Below, piece after piece: positions 1-10,522 of a stretch of 64,000 bases of DNA. Below the pieces are notes generated by a model that was not told the origin of the DNA, did no database searches, and saw nothing but the letters and a program-made list of their open reading frames with translations. Numbering within the stretch: the first letter of the stretch is position 1; each line of letters starts with the position of its first letter. Origin of the DNA: a virus (taxonomy: Duplodnaviria; Caudoviricetes); IMG/VR virus record IMGVR_UViG_3300001528_000259, positions 32,001 through 96,000 of that record. One strand, given 5' to 3'. The position numbers were made by a program, and so were the translations under genes.

Positions 1-2
1 AT

Positions 3-704
3 TCATTTAATAATTTTGACACAGAGAAGAAAGTTGATATTCTCGAAGGACTTCGTGACGGATATTATACTGATCGTTTAGAACAACTTGGCGTAAATAA
101 CATTCCTGATGAATACAGCGAGGTTTTTTATTCTAATGATTTGATTTATCATTTCTTGGCAGATGTGAATTTTATGTGTCGTCATATGATTCCAATATTT
201 AACGAAAAATGTCTTAATGAATATTTTGATACTGTTGTGTTTGAAAATGGACAGGGATTGCTTCTGGACCAGTCACTTGAATCGTTTTACGGAGATAATC
301 TTACGCCGAGCAACACTGGATCGATAAACGCTTATAATATGATCTCTAATGTATTTCCGAAAGCAAACGTTGAGTTGTGCTATGTAAGTAGGACATACAT
401 GACTCGTCATGGTGCTGGTAGATTTGTCACAGAATGTGATAAGTCTAATATCAATAAAGATATGATTGACCAGCATAATGTGACCAATGAATTTCAGGGA
501 AGTTTAAGATATGGTGAGTTAATAGTTCCACAATTAATTTCTCGCGTCTCTAATGATGCTCAGAAATTTAAAGATGCTAAAGTTTCTATTGCAATGACGC
601 ATACGAATGAATTTAACAATATTGATTACGATAAACTTTCAAAATTTAATATCTACGCATCGGACGATAGGACAAGAGACAGCATAAAGAGTATCAAGTT
701 GTAA
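3..704 (+). CDS. purA: Adenylosuccinate synthetase-like protein, 5' part outside window
   Basis: Frame is open from base 3. Motifs FENGQGLLLD, TPSNTG, YMTRHGAG and QGSLRYGEL match the C-terminal half of the PurA family. Confidence 0.75.
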   Translation, partial: SFNNFDTEKKVDILEGLRDGYYTDRLEQLGVNNIPDEYSEVFYSNDLIYHFLADVNFMCRHMIPIFNEKCLNEYFDTVVFENGQGLLLDQSLESFYGDNLTPSNTGSINAYNMISNVFPKANVELCYVSRTYMTRHGAGRFVTECDKSNINKDMIDQHNVTNEFQGSLRYGELIVPQLISRVSNDAQKFKDAKVSIAMTHTNEFNNIDYDKLSKFNIYASDDRTRDSIKSIKL

Positions 705-761
705 ATTAATTGTAAACTCCATCATAAGTATCTTGACAAACTAAAGTCTTCGCACTATAAT
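700..761 (+). promoter_or_regulatory. sigmaA promoter with upstream TGTAAA-N5-TGTAAA box
   Basis: TGTAAA at 700-705 and 711-716; TTGACA at 733-738; 17 bp spacer; TATAAT at 756-761; CAAAATGATT at 774. Confidence 0.85.
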
Positions 762-798
762 TATGGTACAATACAAAATGATTAAGGAGAAAAAAGAA

Positions 799-1428
799 AT
801 GAGTTATTGGACGCATATTACAGGCACGATTATTGTATGCCCTATGGGACGCACACAATCAGAAAAAAGATATATCCTTGAAACTGTATTAGATCATTTG
901 CCATTAGTTACGGGCTCCGAGGAAGATATGAACGTTCATATTATTCAAAGAGCAGGATATAATTGTTCTTGCTCTTGTGATGAGTTTGGTATGCAAACTA
1001 ATAAGTTGAAAGATAGTTATGGAAACCGTAACCAAAGATGTGGTTGGTTAGACACACAAGATGAATATATTATAGTTGTTGAGGGAGATTTAAGGGACAG
1101 ATTTCTTAGTGACACATACAAAGAATTTGTCAATTGGTTATGTAGGTTGGCCAAGAGGGTTCTTGTACATAATGTATTGGTAAACATTAACAGTAGTGAT
1201 AATGGTAATCGTATTATTTATGAAGATGGGTATTATAATCCTTATGCAGAGATGTTTGAAGAGCCTTCATGGATAAACGACGGCAATAAGCCTAATTGGT
1301 GTGAGTATCTACTCTGGGATAGAGCTAAAGATAGTGATATGCCAATGATGTTGATGTATAAATATATTGAAGATAAAGAAAACGACGAAGAGGTAAAACG
1401 CAGACTACGTTATGAAGAGGGAGAGTAA
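799..1428 (+). CDS. Hypothetical phage protein
   Basis: ORF with AAGGAG RBS before ATG 799. Confidence 0.75.
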   Translation: MSYWTHITGTIIVCPMGRTQSEKRYILETVLDHLPLVTGSEEDMNVHIIQRAGYNCSCSCDEFGMQTNKLKDSYGNRNQRCGWLDTQDEYIIVVEGDLRDRFLSDTYKEFVNWLCRLAKRVLVHNVLVNINSSDNGNRIIYEDGYYNPYAEMFEEPSWINDGNKPNWCEYLLWDRAKDSDMPMMLMYKYIEDKENDEEVKRRLRYEEGE

Positions 1429-2330
1429 TGATGAAAGATACACAAGGAAAACTCACTTATGACGAATTTATCAATAGCATTCTTAAAACTCGCGGACGTT
1501 TTGCTTGTGGCGAGGAATACCACGAAAGACATCATATTAAGCCTAAGTGTATTGGTGGCTTAGACGAAGAAGATAACTTGATTGATCTGTTTGCAAGGGA
1601 ACATTTTGAAGCGCATCGATTGTTAGCGTTGGAGAATCCAGATAACACGAAATTAGTGTATGCCTGGTATGTTATTACACATTGTAAAAACCAATATCAA
1701 GAAAGATATATGGCCAGTGCAGAAGAATATGACGAAGCAAAGGAAGCGTGGAGCAAACAATACAGCGAATCAATACGTGGTGAAAAACATTGGGATTGTT
1801 CTGGTGCAAATAATCCTAATTATGGGAAGCCAAGATCCGAAGAAACTAAGAAAAAAATTAGTCGGGCTAACACTGGCAAACCAAGCGCAATGAAAGGAAA
1901 ACATCATTCAGAAAATACACGCAAAAATATTAGTATAAAAGCCAAAGAAAGATTAAAAAACAAAGAAAATCATCCGTGGTTTGGTAGAAATCATTCAGAA
2001 GAATCAAAAAAACTACTAAGTGAATTACAAAAAGAAAGATTAAAAAATCCAGAAAACCATCCGATGTATGGCAAACATCTTGCGGAGGAAACAAGGAATA
2101 AATTGCGTGAAAAAGCTAAAGAACGATATAAAGATCCTGCAAATCATCCAAACGCTCGTCGTGTTGTTCGTTTGTCTGATTTGAAAATTTATGGTTATTT
2201 AATGCAAGCGGCACAAGATAATAATATTAGTAGATATACCATGAGAAGATACTGCAAACAACATAAAGATTTTATGTATTATGATGAGTATTTGATTCAA
2301 CAAAATGATTTAAAGGAGGGTGATCAATGA
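1428..2330 (+). CDS. HNH homing endonuclease with NUMOD3 repeats
   Basis: HHIKPKCIGGLDEEDNLIDLFAREHFEAHRLL nuclease motif; repeated HPWFGRNHSEESKK-type NUMOD3 units. Confidence 0.85.
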   Translation: MMKDTQGKLTYDEFINSILKTRGRFACGEEYHERHHIKPKCIGGLDEEDNLIDLFAREHFEAHRLLALENPDNTKLVYAWYVITHCKNQYQERYMASAEEYDEAKEAWSKQYSESIRGEKHWDCSGANNPNYGKPRSEETKKKISRANTGKPSAMKGKHHSENTRKNISIKAKERLKNKENHPWFGRNHSEESKKLLSELQKERLKNPENHPMYGKHLAEETRNKLREKAKERYKDPANHPNARRVVRLSDLKIYGYLMQAAQDNNISRYTMRRYCKQHKDFMYYDEYLIQQNDLKEGDQ

Positions 2331-2695
2331 TGTCATATTCTATCGAATTTCGCGTTCCTGTAAAAGGGCTCGAAGATTACTATATTGATGTAGGGAATTG
2401 CTATGCCAATATTACTTGGAATCTACGCGAGATGATTATGCAGTCTACGGGGCTTGAGTGGAAAAACGAAAAGAACAACGGCTTGTGCAAAGATGTTATT
2501 CCACATATTGCACATGGCTATGCAGAACTTGTACAGAATCCAGAAAAGTATAAGCAGTATGAGGCTGAAAATGGTTGGGGAACGATACAAGGTTGTCGTA
2601 ATTTCTTCCGTCAAATACTGGATGATTGGGATGCGTTCTGTAACGATTATGAGACGAGGGATTTGGTTGATGTAACATATTTTTGGATTTGTTAG
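2327..2695 (+). CDS. Hypothetical phage protein
   Basis: ORF with GGAGG RBS, overlapping the previous stop; NITWNL and ENGWGT motifs. Confidence 0.75.
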   Translation: MMSYSIEFRVPVKGLEDYYIDVGNCYANITWNLREMIMQSTGLEWKNEKNNGLCKDVIPHIAHGYAELVQNPEKYKQYEAENGWGTIQGCRNFFRQILDDWDAFCNDYETRDLVDVTYFWIC

Positions 2696-2728
2696 TTAAC
2701 AATACGAAATGATTAAGGAGAGAAGGAT

Positions 2729-2965
2729 ATGAGTACATTAGGAAAACCAAAATTTACATATAACGATGTGGTTAACTTTGAACTGGAGCACAACGACAAG
2801 ACATACACTTGTGTAGGTAAGGTATATATTGTTGATAAGTGGGGTTGTTGTGGGATTGATGATGAACCTTGTTACGATGTTATGGTTGAGGACTTTTTAG
2901 GCGACGGACAACCATGTTTAGTCAAGCATATCAGAGAGTCAGATGTGAGGACAATTGTTGAGTAA
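2729..2965 (+). CDS. Hypothetical protein (small beta-barrel-like)
   Basis: ORF with AAGGAG RBS. Confidence 0.65.
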   Translation: MSTLGKPKFTYNDVVNFELEHNDKTYTCVGKVYIVDKWGCCGIDDEPCYDVMVEDFLGDGQPCLVKHIRESDVRTIVE

Positions 2966-3044
2966 CATTATGATTAATGTTTACTATTATAGACGAATGA
3001 TATAGTTTGTTTATATATAAAGACATAGAGGGGGTGGTGAGGAT

Positions 3045-4082
3045 GTGTTCGAAGAAGTAAAAGAAAAACTATTAGAGCAACCAGAGTCGATAGAGCATAT
3101 CCTCGATGCCTTTGGATTTAGCGGAATCCGTAGCAACTATAAGGAAATCAGGTGCGCATTTGAAGAGGGTATGAATCCAACTGCGGTTGTGATTAGACTA
3201 CAAGATAATGATAATCTTTTTGTAAAGGATTGGGAGAGGAATGTCTCACTTGATCTTATAAATTATCTTGTGAAAGTAAAGAGTATTCCATTTAAAGATG
3301 TAATGAATGCTATTAAGCAGGAGCTACATCTTGAGTCTTTATATAACTATAAACGAAGAGTTGGTTTGTTTAATGGTCTTTATGATAATATCAGCCGAAA
3401 TAACAGCGAAACATCGCTAACTACTTACCCAGAAGAGATACTTAAACAATATGGCAATACACCTAATACCCTTTGGCTTAAGGATGGAATTTCATTAAGT
3501 ACTCAGCGAAAATGGAACGTAGGATATGACGTTCTCAGCCAAAGAATCACTTTTCCTATAAGAACTTCCACAGGCGAGATTATGGCAATCAAAGGCAGGC
3601 TTAATGGTATCCCAGAAGAGTTTGAGCCTAAGTATCTATATCTTGTTAATGGTCCGATGAGCCAAACGCTTTTCGGATATTCGGAAAATTATAGTTCGTT
3701 ATATGAGAATGATATTCTTGTGGTTGAATCTGAAAAAAGTGTGCTTAAAATGAGTTCTTGGCAATATAACAATGTAGTTGCTCTCGGCAGCAACTCATTA
3801 AGTACAACTCAGGCAAAATTGCTATTGTCTTTGAACCCTAAGAGTGTAACATTTCTACTTGATAAAACACTTCCATTAGAAAATACAAAGCGTAATGTAG
3901 ATTTGCTTAAAACATTTTGCGCAATGAGATCGCTGAAAGTTTTTTACTGGGACTGGCAAGACAATATAACATTGGATGATAAATCAGCACCTTGCGATGA
4001 TACAAAAGAAGAATTTGAGTATATTTTAAAAGAAGAAGTTAAACCAATAGAAAATCTAACAGAAGAAGAGGATGAAATATGA
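3045..4082 (+). CDS. dnaG: DNA primase (Toprim domain)
   Basis: RITFPIR, AIKGR, PKY, LFG, VVESEKS, NVVALG and LLD motifs of DnaG-type primases. Confidence 0.85.
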   Translation: MFEEVKEKLLEQPESIEHILDAFGFSGIRSNYKEIRCAFEEGMNPTAVVIRLQDNDNLFVKDWERNVSLDLINYLVKVKSIPFKDVMNAIKQELHLESLYNYKRRVGLFNGLYDNISRNNSETSLTTYPEEILKQYGNTPNTLWLKDGISLSTQRKWNVGYDVLSQRITFPIRTSTGEIMAIKGRLNGIPEEFEPKYLYLVNGPMSQTLFGYSENYSSLYENDILVVESEKSVLKMSSWQYNNVVALGSNSLSTTQAKLLLSLNPKSVTFLLDKTLPLENTKRNVDLLKTFCAMRSLKVFYWDWQDNITLDDKSAPCDDTKEEFEYILKEEVKPIENLTEEEDEI

Positions 4083-4483
4083 AAGAATTTATGAAACCAA
4101 TGATTTATACTGCGGAAAGAAAACAGCCCGAGCAAATAGCAGCTGGTACATATAAGGGGCTTGATTATTATGTACTGAGTTTGGGCACACATCCATGTGG
4201 CTATGTGAACGTTGTAGGCACTAAGTTATATGGTAAAGATTATGATGACATAGATATTGAATGTCATGGCGGACTTACTTATGCAAATAAAAGCCTTAGA
4301 ACCGTTAATGACACTGGCTGGTTTATTGGATTCGATTATGCGCATTACGGAGATTATATGGGGTACGATTCTCTGTATTCGTTCGATTTAACATCCGACG
4401 ACAAACGTTGGACCACCGAAGAAATTGTAGAAGAATGCAAGAATGTAATCGAACAGATTATACGATTGGAGAATGAAATATGA
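4079..4483 (+). CDS. Conserved hypothetical phage protein
   Basis: HPCGYV...CHGGLTY...WFIGFDYAH motif common in phage proteins. Confidence 0.75.
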   Translation: MKEFMKPMIYTAERKQPEQIAAGTYKGLDYYVLSLGTHPCGYVNVVGTKLYGKDYDDIDIECHGGLTYANKSLRTVNDTGWFIGFDYAHYGDYMGYDSLYSFDLTSDDKRWTTEEIVEECKNVIEQIIRLENEI

Positions 4484-4812
4484 TTATTTACCAACTACAC
4501 GAGACATCAGGTGAGTACGAAGACTACATGGATCGAATCGTAGGTTCTTATATCCGTCTCGAACGAGCCAAGGAAAAAAAGATGAGATATGAAAAAGAAT
4601 CTGCTGAAAGAATTTTAAATTTTAGGCATTGCATGGGTTGCCCATATATCAATGAAGATTTAGAAAATGAAGAGATGATAAAGCATATGAATACATATTG
4701 TGATCATAGCAAAATCTGTTGTGATGAAAACGGTGAGCCGTTATGTGCTAATTATACTGGTTGGCTTGATGAATGCAATTATTATCTTATAACTGTGGAG
4801 GTAATGGAATGA
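4480..4812 (+). CDS. Hypothetical protein
   Basis: Translationally coupled ORF (ATGA overlap). Confidence 0.65.
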   Translation: MIIYQLHETSGEYEDYMDRIVGSYIRLERAKEKKMRYEKESAERILNFRHCMGCPYINEDLENEEMIKHMNTYCDHSKICCDENGEPLCANYTGWLDECNYYLITVEVME

Positions 4813-4976
4813 CTAAACGAGAATTTTTCGAGAAAATTGCAGACTTGTTTGGTAGGAAAAACTGGATTGATTTTTCTACTGAAGAGAGAATTAAACTTTC
4901 TGATGTATACGATGATATTAGAATAGATGGTTATAACATTGGTTATGACGATGGTTACAACGATGGAGGAAATTAA
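4809..4976 (+). CDS. Hypothetical protein
   Basis: GGAGG RBS, ATG 4809, GYDDG repeats. Confidence 0.55.
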   Translation: MTKREFFEKIADLFGRKNWIDFSTEERIKLSDVYDDIRIDGYNIGYDDGYNDGGN

Positions 4977-5297
4977 ATGACGGAACAAGAATACAATTCG
5001 CCCGTTACGATGGGAATACTAATGACGGTTTTCCAAGAGCAGATTAAAGCATTATATCCTCAAATTGATTCACTCAGCACTGCGATTCAACAGCGATGTG
5101 AATCTTATGATAGGATTCTTCATAAAATGGAAGATATTTTTGACAGTCTAATTAATAACTTTGAGGTTCTTCGTGCTTTTGTGATTGCCGCTTATGCTGA
5201 ATCGAAGGGTACTTCGACAGATAAAGCAGCCAAGATATATAATGAATATGCGAAAATGTTCAATAAAACGGGAGAGAAAAATGACTATTTGCGGTAA
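4977..5297 (+). CDS. Hypothetical protein
   Basis: GGAGG RBS, contiguous operon. Confidence 0.6.
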   Translation: MTEQEYNSPVTMGILMTVFQEQIKALYPQIDSLSTAIQQRCESYDRILHKMEDIFDSLINNFEVLRAFVIAAYAESKGTSTDKAAKIYNEYAKMFNKTGEKNDYLR

Positions 5298-5712
5298 AAC
5301 AGATTGTGAAGGTTGCATTGTCAAATATGCAAATGATATTAATTTTTGTAAGACAGAAAGAAGGAAGAAGAATATGAACACTAATTTTCTTGAACTTATA
5401 AAACAGCATCCGGACTATCCCATTATTCCACGAGTAAATGCAGATATTATTTATGATGATATGTATGGATGGTATTATGGCGAATTCGGATACGCTTGTC
5501 TCGGCGAATTTCTTGACTATTCCGACGTGAACGAAAAGTGTTATGACGATCGTGATGATTTTATTGAAGATTGGATGGAAGATCGTTGTGATGATATTGA
5601 GTTGCGAGATATGAATGAACAGGAATTCGAGGATTGCGCGATCAAGGTTTGTGATGAGCAGAAGTGGCAGAAGGTGATTTTTGTGAATATCAATCCGTTT
5701 GAAGGAGTTTGA
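5281..5712 (+). CDS. Hypothetical protein (start 5281 or 5373)
   Basis: GGAG RBS before ATG 5281; acidic C-terminal part. Confidence 0.6.
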   Translation: MTICGKTDCEGCIVKYANDINFCKTERRKKNMNTNFLELIKQHPDYPIIPRVNADIIYDDMYGWYYGEFGYACLGEFLDYSDVNEKCYDDRDDFIEDWMEDRCDDIELRDMNEQEFEDCAIKVCDEQKWQKVIFVNINPFEGV

Positions 5713-5713
5713 G

Positions 5714-5950
5714 ATGGGTAAATTTATCATTAAGTTTAATTATCCAGGCACATATTTTGCATTTGTTGGTAATGGTGGAAGTTACATTCATCAGGGTGAA
5801 AAATATGTTGTTCTTGTTGAAGATTATGTCCAGGCAAAAAAGTATAAAACATGTGGAACTGCAAAAGCGGCTGTTAACAAGTTTACAAAAACTTGCGTTA
5901 ATTCGTCGTTTGATTATGAAATTATTGAGGTAGAAGACGATGAGCAATAA
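5714..5950 (+). CDS. Hypothetical protein
   Basis: AAGGAG RBS before ATG 5714. Confidence 0.6.
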   Translation: MGKFIIKFNYPGTYFAFVGNGGSYIHQGEKYVVLVEDYVQAKKYKTCGTAKAAVNKFTKTCVNSSFDYEIIEVEDDEQ

Positions 5951-6284
5951 ACTTACAACAATGGCAAGACAGCTTCTGCAAATCGAAGAAGATCTGCCTT
6001 TCCGTTTCGATTACACAAAAGAAAGAGCAACCGTAGATGACTTCACTATTTATTCTTTCGAGCAAGTATGGGGCGATACATCTTGCGGATTTGGTGGAAT
6101 TGCAGGGCAAGCAATAACGAAAGAAACAACCTATGTCTTTGTGCCGTGTGGTGTCAATCAAAAATGCTTTGTATATTTTGGTGGGAGGTTTGCTTATGCG
6201 GCTGATCCAATAGAAGAATTTTGGAATGACCTTAATTGTGAAAATATGGCTCCTGTTTATAAGAAGGGCAGGTATGCGCAATGA
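5940..6284 (+). CDS. Hypothetical protein
   Basis: GAGG RBS; FEQVWGDTSCGFGGIAGQAIT motif. Confidence 0.7.
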   Translation: MSNKLTTMARQLLQIEEDLPFRFDYTKERATVDDFTIYSFEQVWGDTSCGFGGIAGQAITKETTYVFVPCGVNQKCFVYFGGRFAYAADPIEEFWNDLNCENMAPVYKKGRYAQ

Positions 6285-6386
6285 ACGAAGATATTAAAAC
6301 ATTGAATTTACTGTCGATGGACGATGCATCCACAATACGTGTTCCTGCGGTAAAGCCGTTTAGTATTTTAAAAGGAGAAAAACCTG

Positions 6387-6872
6387 ATGAAAAAATGTGA
6401 TTGTTATCACGAGCAAGCCGAACGTCATTATTTTACTGATTACGAACGTGGATTTGCAGCAGCACGAGGGGAAAGGCTTGCCAAATATGAAACCCGCACA
6501 TATGGTGTTTGTTGGGGCACAAAAGAATCAGATCGGTGTCAGTGCGGTGGCGATAAGATGAAGTGTGATTTCTATGCGGATGTTCGTAAAAAGGCAAAAG
6601 AAGAATTACGGAAAGAAAAAGAGAAGATTGCCATTTCTGTAGCGCCAAAGGCATTCGATGAAATTAAGGATTTGATTTATGGATTTTGGGGATCTGAGCC
6701 AATTTATTATGTTGGTAAAGATGATAGTGATGAAACCCGATTTGCAAAGTTATGTTGTTGTATTTTGGAAGTTATTGCTAATGTGGAAGATAGAAGTGAA
6801 ACTACCGTGTTTCAAGATATTAAAACTGGCTTAAAACAGGCGATTGCATATGAAAGGAAAGAGTATGAGTAA
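6387..6872 (+). CDS. Hypothetical Cys-rich protein
   Basis: AAGGAG RBS; Cys-rich N-terminus. Confidence 0.65.
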   Translation: MKKCDCYHEQAERHYFTDYERGFAAARGERLAKYETRTYGVCWGTKESDRCQCGGDKMKCDFYADVRKKAKEELRKEKEKIAISVAPKAFDEIKDLIYGFWGSEPIYYVGKDDSDETRFAKLCCCILEVIANVEDRSETTVFQDIKTGLKQAIAYERKEYE

Positions 6873-7440
6873 AATATTTTATATTTCTGATGCACACATT
6901 TCACATTTTAACATACTTAGGTTTGACAACAGACCATTTGCAACCATAGAAGAAAATGATAGGGTTATTATGGAAAATTGGAACGCAGTCGTAGACAAAA
7001 ATGACATAGTATATACTTTAGGCGACATGCATTGGGGCAAAGCCGAAGAAGTGTATGAGTATGTAAGGCAACTAAGTGGTCGGAAGGTTTGCATTAGAGG
7101 TAATCATACGTTAAAGCAATTTCCTGCAAAGTTGCGAAATCTATTTGAAGATGTGTGTGATTATAAAGAAATTACTGATAATGGTAGGCACGTAATTATG
7201 TGCCATTATCCAATTCTATGTTATAAAGGTTCCTATGACTCCAAAACTTATATGTTACATGGGCATACACATCAAACAAGAGAGCAACAGTTTGTTGAAA
7301 AATGGACAAAAGAATTAAAAGATAGCAAAAGAGAAAATAGCGATAGTTGTGGGAACATAATCAACGTCGGAGTAATGATGCCATATATGAATTATATGCC
7401 AAGAACATTAGACGAGATTTTGGAGGGGAACAATGACTAA
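6865..7440 (+). CDS. Calcineurin-like metallophosphoesterase
   Basis: SDAH, LGD, GNH, CHYP and HGHTH motifs. Confidence 0.9.
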   Translation: MSKIFYISDAHISHFNILRFDNRPFATIEENDRVIMENWNAVVDKNDIVYTLGDMHWGKAEEVYEYVRQLSGRKVCIRGNHTLKQFPAKLRNLFEDVCDYKEITDNGRHVIMCHYPILCYKGSYDSKTYMLHGHTHQTREQQFVEKWTKELKDSKRENSDSCGNIINVGVMMPYMNYMPRTLDEILEGNND

Positions 7441-7720
7441 TTTGGAGAGACTAAGGTCGATAAATATAGATGATTTAGCAGAATGGTTGGACGAATATGG
7501 GGCATTTGATGGCAGCTTGTGGATTCAATGGTGGGATAATAAATACTGTAAGAATTGTGAGTCAATTATGGTTAAATGGCCAGATTCTATAGATCCAGAA
7601 ACGTTACATGAATGTGCATATTGTGAAATTGAAGGAAATTGTAGATTCTTCCCTGAAATAACAGAAGTGCCTGATAATAAAAATATTATTAAACTCTGGT
7701 TAGAAAGCGAGATCGAATAA
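7433..7720 (+). CDS. Hypothetical protein
   Basis: MTNLERLRS...WLESE phage small-protein pattern; GGAGG RBS. Confidence 0.7.
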   Translation: MTNLERLRSINIDDLAEWLDEYGAFDGSLWIQWWDNKYCKNCESIMVKWPDSIDPETLHECAYCEIEGNCRFFPEITEVPDNKNIIKLWLESEIE

Positions 7721-7941
7721 TGATAAAATACTTTTGTGATTTATGCGGGAAAGAATTAAATCCTAAACCGTATTGTAATAATGATGATCCAGATAATTAT
7801 ACTTATGGCACAATAAATATAGATTTTAATTTTATAGAATTTAAAATTAAAGATGTTTGCAAAGGTTGTGCAGATAAATTTAACAAGATTACAGAAGATG
7901 ATATGATGGAGTTTATTAAGAGCAAGATGCGTGGAGGATGA
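7720..7941 (+). CDS. Hypothetical zinc-finger protein
   Basis: CDLCG...CKGC. Confidence 0.6.
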   Translation: MIKYFCDLCGKELNPKPYCNNDDPDNYTYGTINIDFNFIEFKIKDVCKGCADKFNKITEDDMMEFIKSKMRGG

Positions 7942-7947
7942 TGAAGA

Positions 7948-9585
7948 TTGATAAAACAACTTGGTGCCAAGATAAATGGCAGAGGGATGGAGAATGACTT
8001 AGAAATAATTGATGCGATATTAGAGAATAGAGATATAGATAACATTGCTGATTTTTTACATCCCACAGAAGAAGCTATGATACCGTTTGACGAAATGTTG
8101 GGGTTACAAGAAGCATATCAGTTAGTTGATGACGCGATTACGATGGATGAAAAAATCGTAATCCATGCAGATATTGATGCAGATGGTATCAGCGCAGGAA
8201 CTATTTTGTTTAAGTATTTACAAGCAAAGGGTACAGATGTTAAATGCATTATAAACAAAGGTAAAAAACATGGAGTCGCAGAGCTTGATTTAGGTTTATT
8301 GGATGATGCAGATGTTTTAATTATAGCAGACTCAATTGATAACGATCCTGAGGTTTATAAAAGGATAGTCGCAACTGGTGTTAGGCTTTGTGTAATGGAT
8401 CACCACATCCCATCAAGAAAATTGTTGGAGTCTGATGTGCCATTTATTTTAGTGAGCTCTGCAAACTACTACTCAAATAAGGAGCTTTCGGGTGCAGGTG
8501 TCTGCCTAAAGTTTGCGCTATTTTGTGACTATATGAACTGCGAAAGTCTTGTGGACGATTTGGGACTATGGGCATATGCGGCAATTGGTATGGTCGCGGA
8601 TGTAGTTTCGATGAGATCACCAGAGAATCGTTATATTGTTTATAAAGGGCTGCAATATTATGATAATCCAATGATTAAAAAGTTGATTGGGAATTATATG
8701 TTTGACAGCACCGCAATAAGCTTTAGTATAGCTCCTGCGGTAAATGCTGCAATGAGAACAAACAATAACGAAACGGCAATGAAGTTATTTTTATCGAATA
8801 ATATTAATGAAATTGAGGAACTTGCCAACCAAACAAATGAATTTAAGGCACTTCAAAATCAAGTCGTAGATGAACTTATGGAAGATGTGTTGGTGCAAGC
8901 AGAAACTCAGGCAGATAGAAAATGCATGATATTTATTTTACCAACCGATATTGATGCCGAAGTTTCGGGCTTAATCGCCAATAAAATCATGTCAATAGTT
9001 CAACGACCTGTGCTAGTTTTAAGAAATGTTATTGAAACAGATGAGAAGACTGGCGAAGTTACTAAACATGAACTATCGGGGAGCATGAGAGCTTGTGGTG
9101 TGGATTCGTTCAAAGAATACATAGAAAATACTGGTTACGGATGGGTAGCGGGGCACGAAAATGCAGCAGGTGTAGGATTTACAATAGACGAGTTTGAAAA
9201 TTTTAAGGTAGCAATTGAAGAAGCATTAAAAGATGTTGAATTTTCTACAAAGGTAGAAGCGGACATAGAATTGGCTCCAAGTCAAATTAATGAGAACTTA
9301 GTAAAACAATTAAGCGCGTTAAGTCGTGTGAGTGGGAAAGATTTTCCTGCAATAAGAGTTTTGGTGAGAACGGATAACTATGAAGTTAGTACGTTTTCCA
9401 CAAAGAAGCATTTAAAGATCATAGATGAGAGTGGGCTGTTAATAGTGAAATGGAATTGCTCTGACTGGCAGACAATGAAGAATGATAAAGAGTTGGTTGC
9501 TGTGGGAACATTGAGTAATCCGAGATATGGGAGAACGCAATATTTACAGCTTACTATTGATGAATTTACGCAACAAAATGATTAA
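7948..9585 (+). CDS. recJ: Single-stranded DNA exonuclease RecJ (DHH/DHHA1)
   Basis: DIDADG, DHH, SGAGV, ADVV, GSMR and GHENAAG motifs. Confidence 0.92.
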   Translation: MIKQLGAKINGRGMENDLEIIDAILENRDIDNIADFLHPTEEAMIPFDEMLGLQEAYQLVDDAITMDEKIVIHADIDADGISAGTILFKYLQAKGTDVKCIINKGKKHGVAELDLGLLDDADVLIIADSIDNDPEVYKRIVATGVRLCVMDHHIPSRKLLESDVPFILVSSANYYSNKELSGAGVCLKFALFCDYMNCESLVDDLGLWAYAAIGMVADVVSMRSPENRYIVYKGLQYYDNPMIKKLIGNYMFDSTAISFSIAPAVNAAMRTNNNETAMKLFLSNNINEIEELANQTNEFKALQNQVVDELMEDVLVQAETQADRKCMIFILPTDIDAEVSGLIANKIMSIVQRPVLVLRNVIETDEKTGEVTKHELSGSMRACGVDSFKEYIENTGYGWVAGHENAAGVGFTIDEFENFKVAIEEALKDVEFSTKVEADIELAPSQINENLVKQLSALSRVSGKDFPAIRVLVRTDNYEVSTFSTKKHLKIIDESGLLIVKWNCSDWQTMKNDKELVAVGTLSNPRYGRTQYLQLTIDEFTQQND

Positions 9586-9597
9586 GGAGACGTACTT

Positions 9598-10509
9598 ATG
9601 AACGTTTTAAGTTTATGTGATGGTATTTCATGTGGGCAAATCGCGCTTAGAGAACTTGGTGTTAAAGTTAACAAATATTATGCAAGCGAGATTGATAGGA
9701 TTGCTATTAAGATTACTCAGGATAATTTTCCAGATACAATGCAACTTGGAGATGTTATTGCGCTGTCTGATGATGAAGAATGTCTCCGGCGATTGCCTAA
9801 GATTGATTTAGTTTGTTTTGGTTTTCCGTGCAGAAGTCTTTCTAACGCTACTGCAGGAAGAAGCGAGTATAACAATGGGCTTAGGGGCGTAAGTGGAATT
9901 TTCTATTATTGTTTAAAGATATTAAACTGGATTCGGACCAATAATAACTCAAATGTATTCTTTTTGACAGAAAACGTAAACTCAAATCAAAAGGTTGATG
10001 TTGATATTATATCTAATTTACTTAGTGTAAATCCAATACTGATTAACAGCAATTTATTTTCTGCTCAGGACAGAGAAAGATTATATTGGACCAATATTCC
10101 AGTTGGTGTATTACCAGAATCGTGCGACTTGGTACTTAATGATATTCTAGACGAAGAAGTGGACGATAAGTATTTTTATCATCAATCATTTGATTTTTAC
10201 GGAGAAGATAACAAAGTTTGTGCGACGCTTCACATCAATGGGCATGATATTTTGAAGCGGGTCAATAGCAAGTATTTCAAGTGTCCAACCGTAACGGCAT
10301 GTAGAGGTGGTAATCATCAAAAAAAAGTTTATGATAGCGGTCGTTGCAGAAAACTTACGCCAAACGAATATCGTAAATTACAGACTATCCCAGAATGGTA
10401 TGTTATGAATGTTGCTGACAGTCACATATATAATACATGTGGAGATGGATGGACTGTTAAGGTAATTGAATTTATTTTTAGTGAATTAAAGACACAACAA
10501 AATGATTAA
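9598..10509 (+). CDS. DNA (cytosine-5) methyltransferase
   Basis: SLCDGISCG (motif I), GFPC, ENV, QDRERLY and GDGW motifs. Confidence 0.92.
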   Translation: MNVLSLCDGISCGQIALRELGVKVNKYYASEIDRIAIKITQDNFPDTMQLGDVIALSDDEECLRRLPKIDLVCFGFPCRSLSNATAGRSEYNNGLRGVSGIFYYCLKILNWIRTNNNSNVFFLTENVNSNQKVDVDIISNLLSVNPILINSNLFSAQDRERLYWTNIPVGVLPESCDLVLNDILDEEVDDKYFYHQSFDFYGEDNKVCATLHINGHDILKRVNSKYFKCPTVTACRGGNHQKKVYDSGRCRKLTPNEYRKLQTIPEWYVMNVADSHIYNTCGDGWTVKVIEFIFSELKTQQND

Positions 10510-10522
10510 AAGAGGTGAAGGT

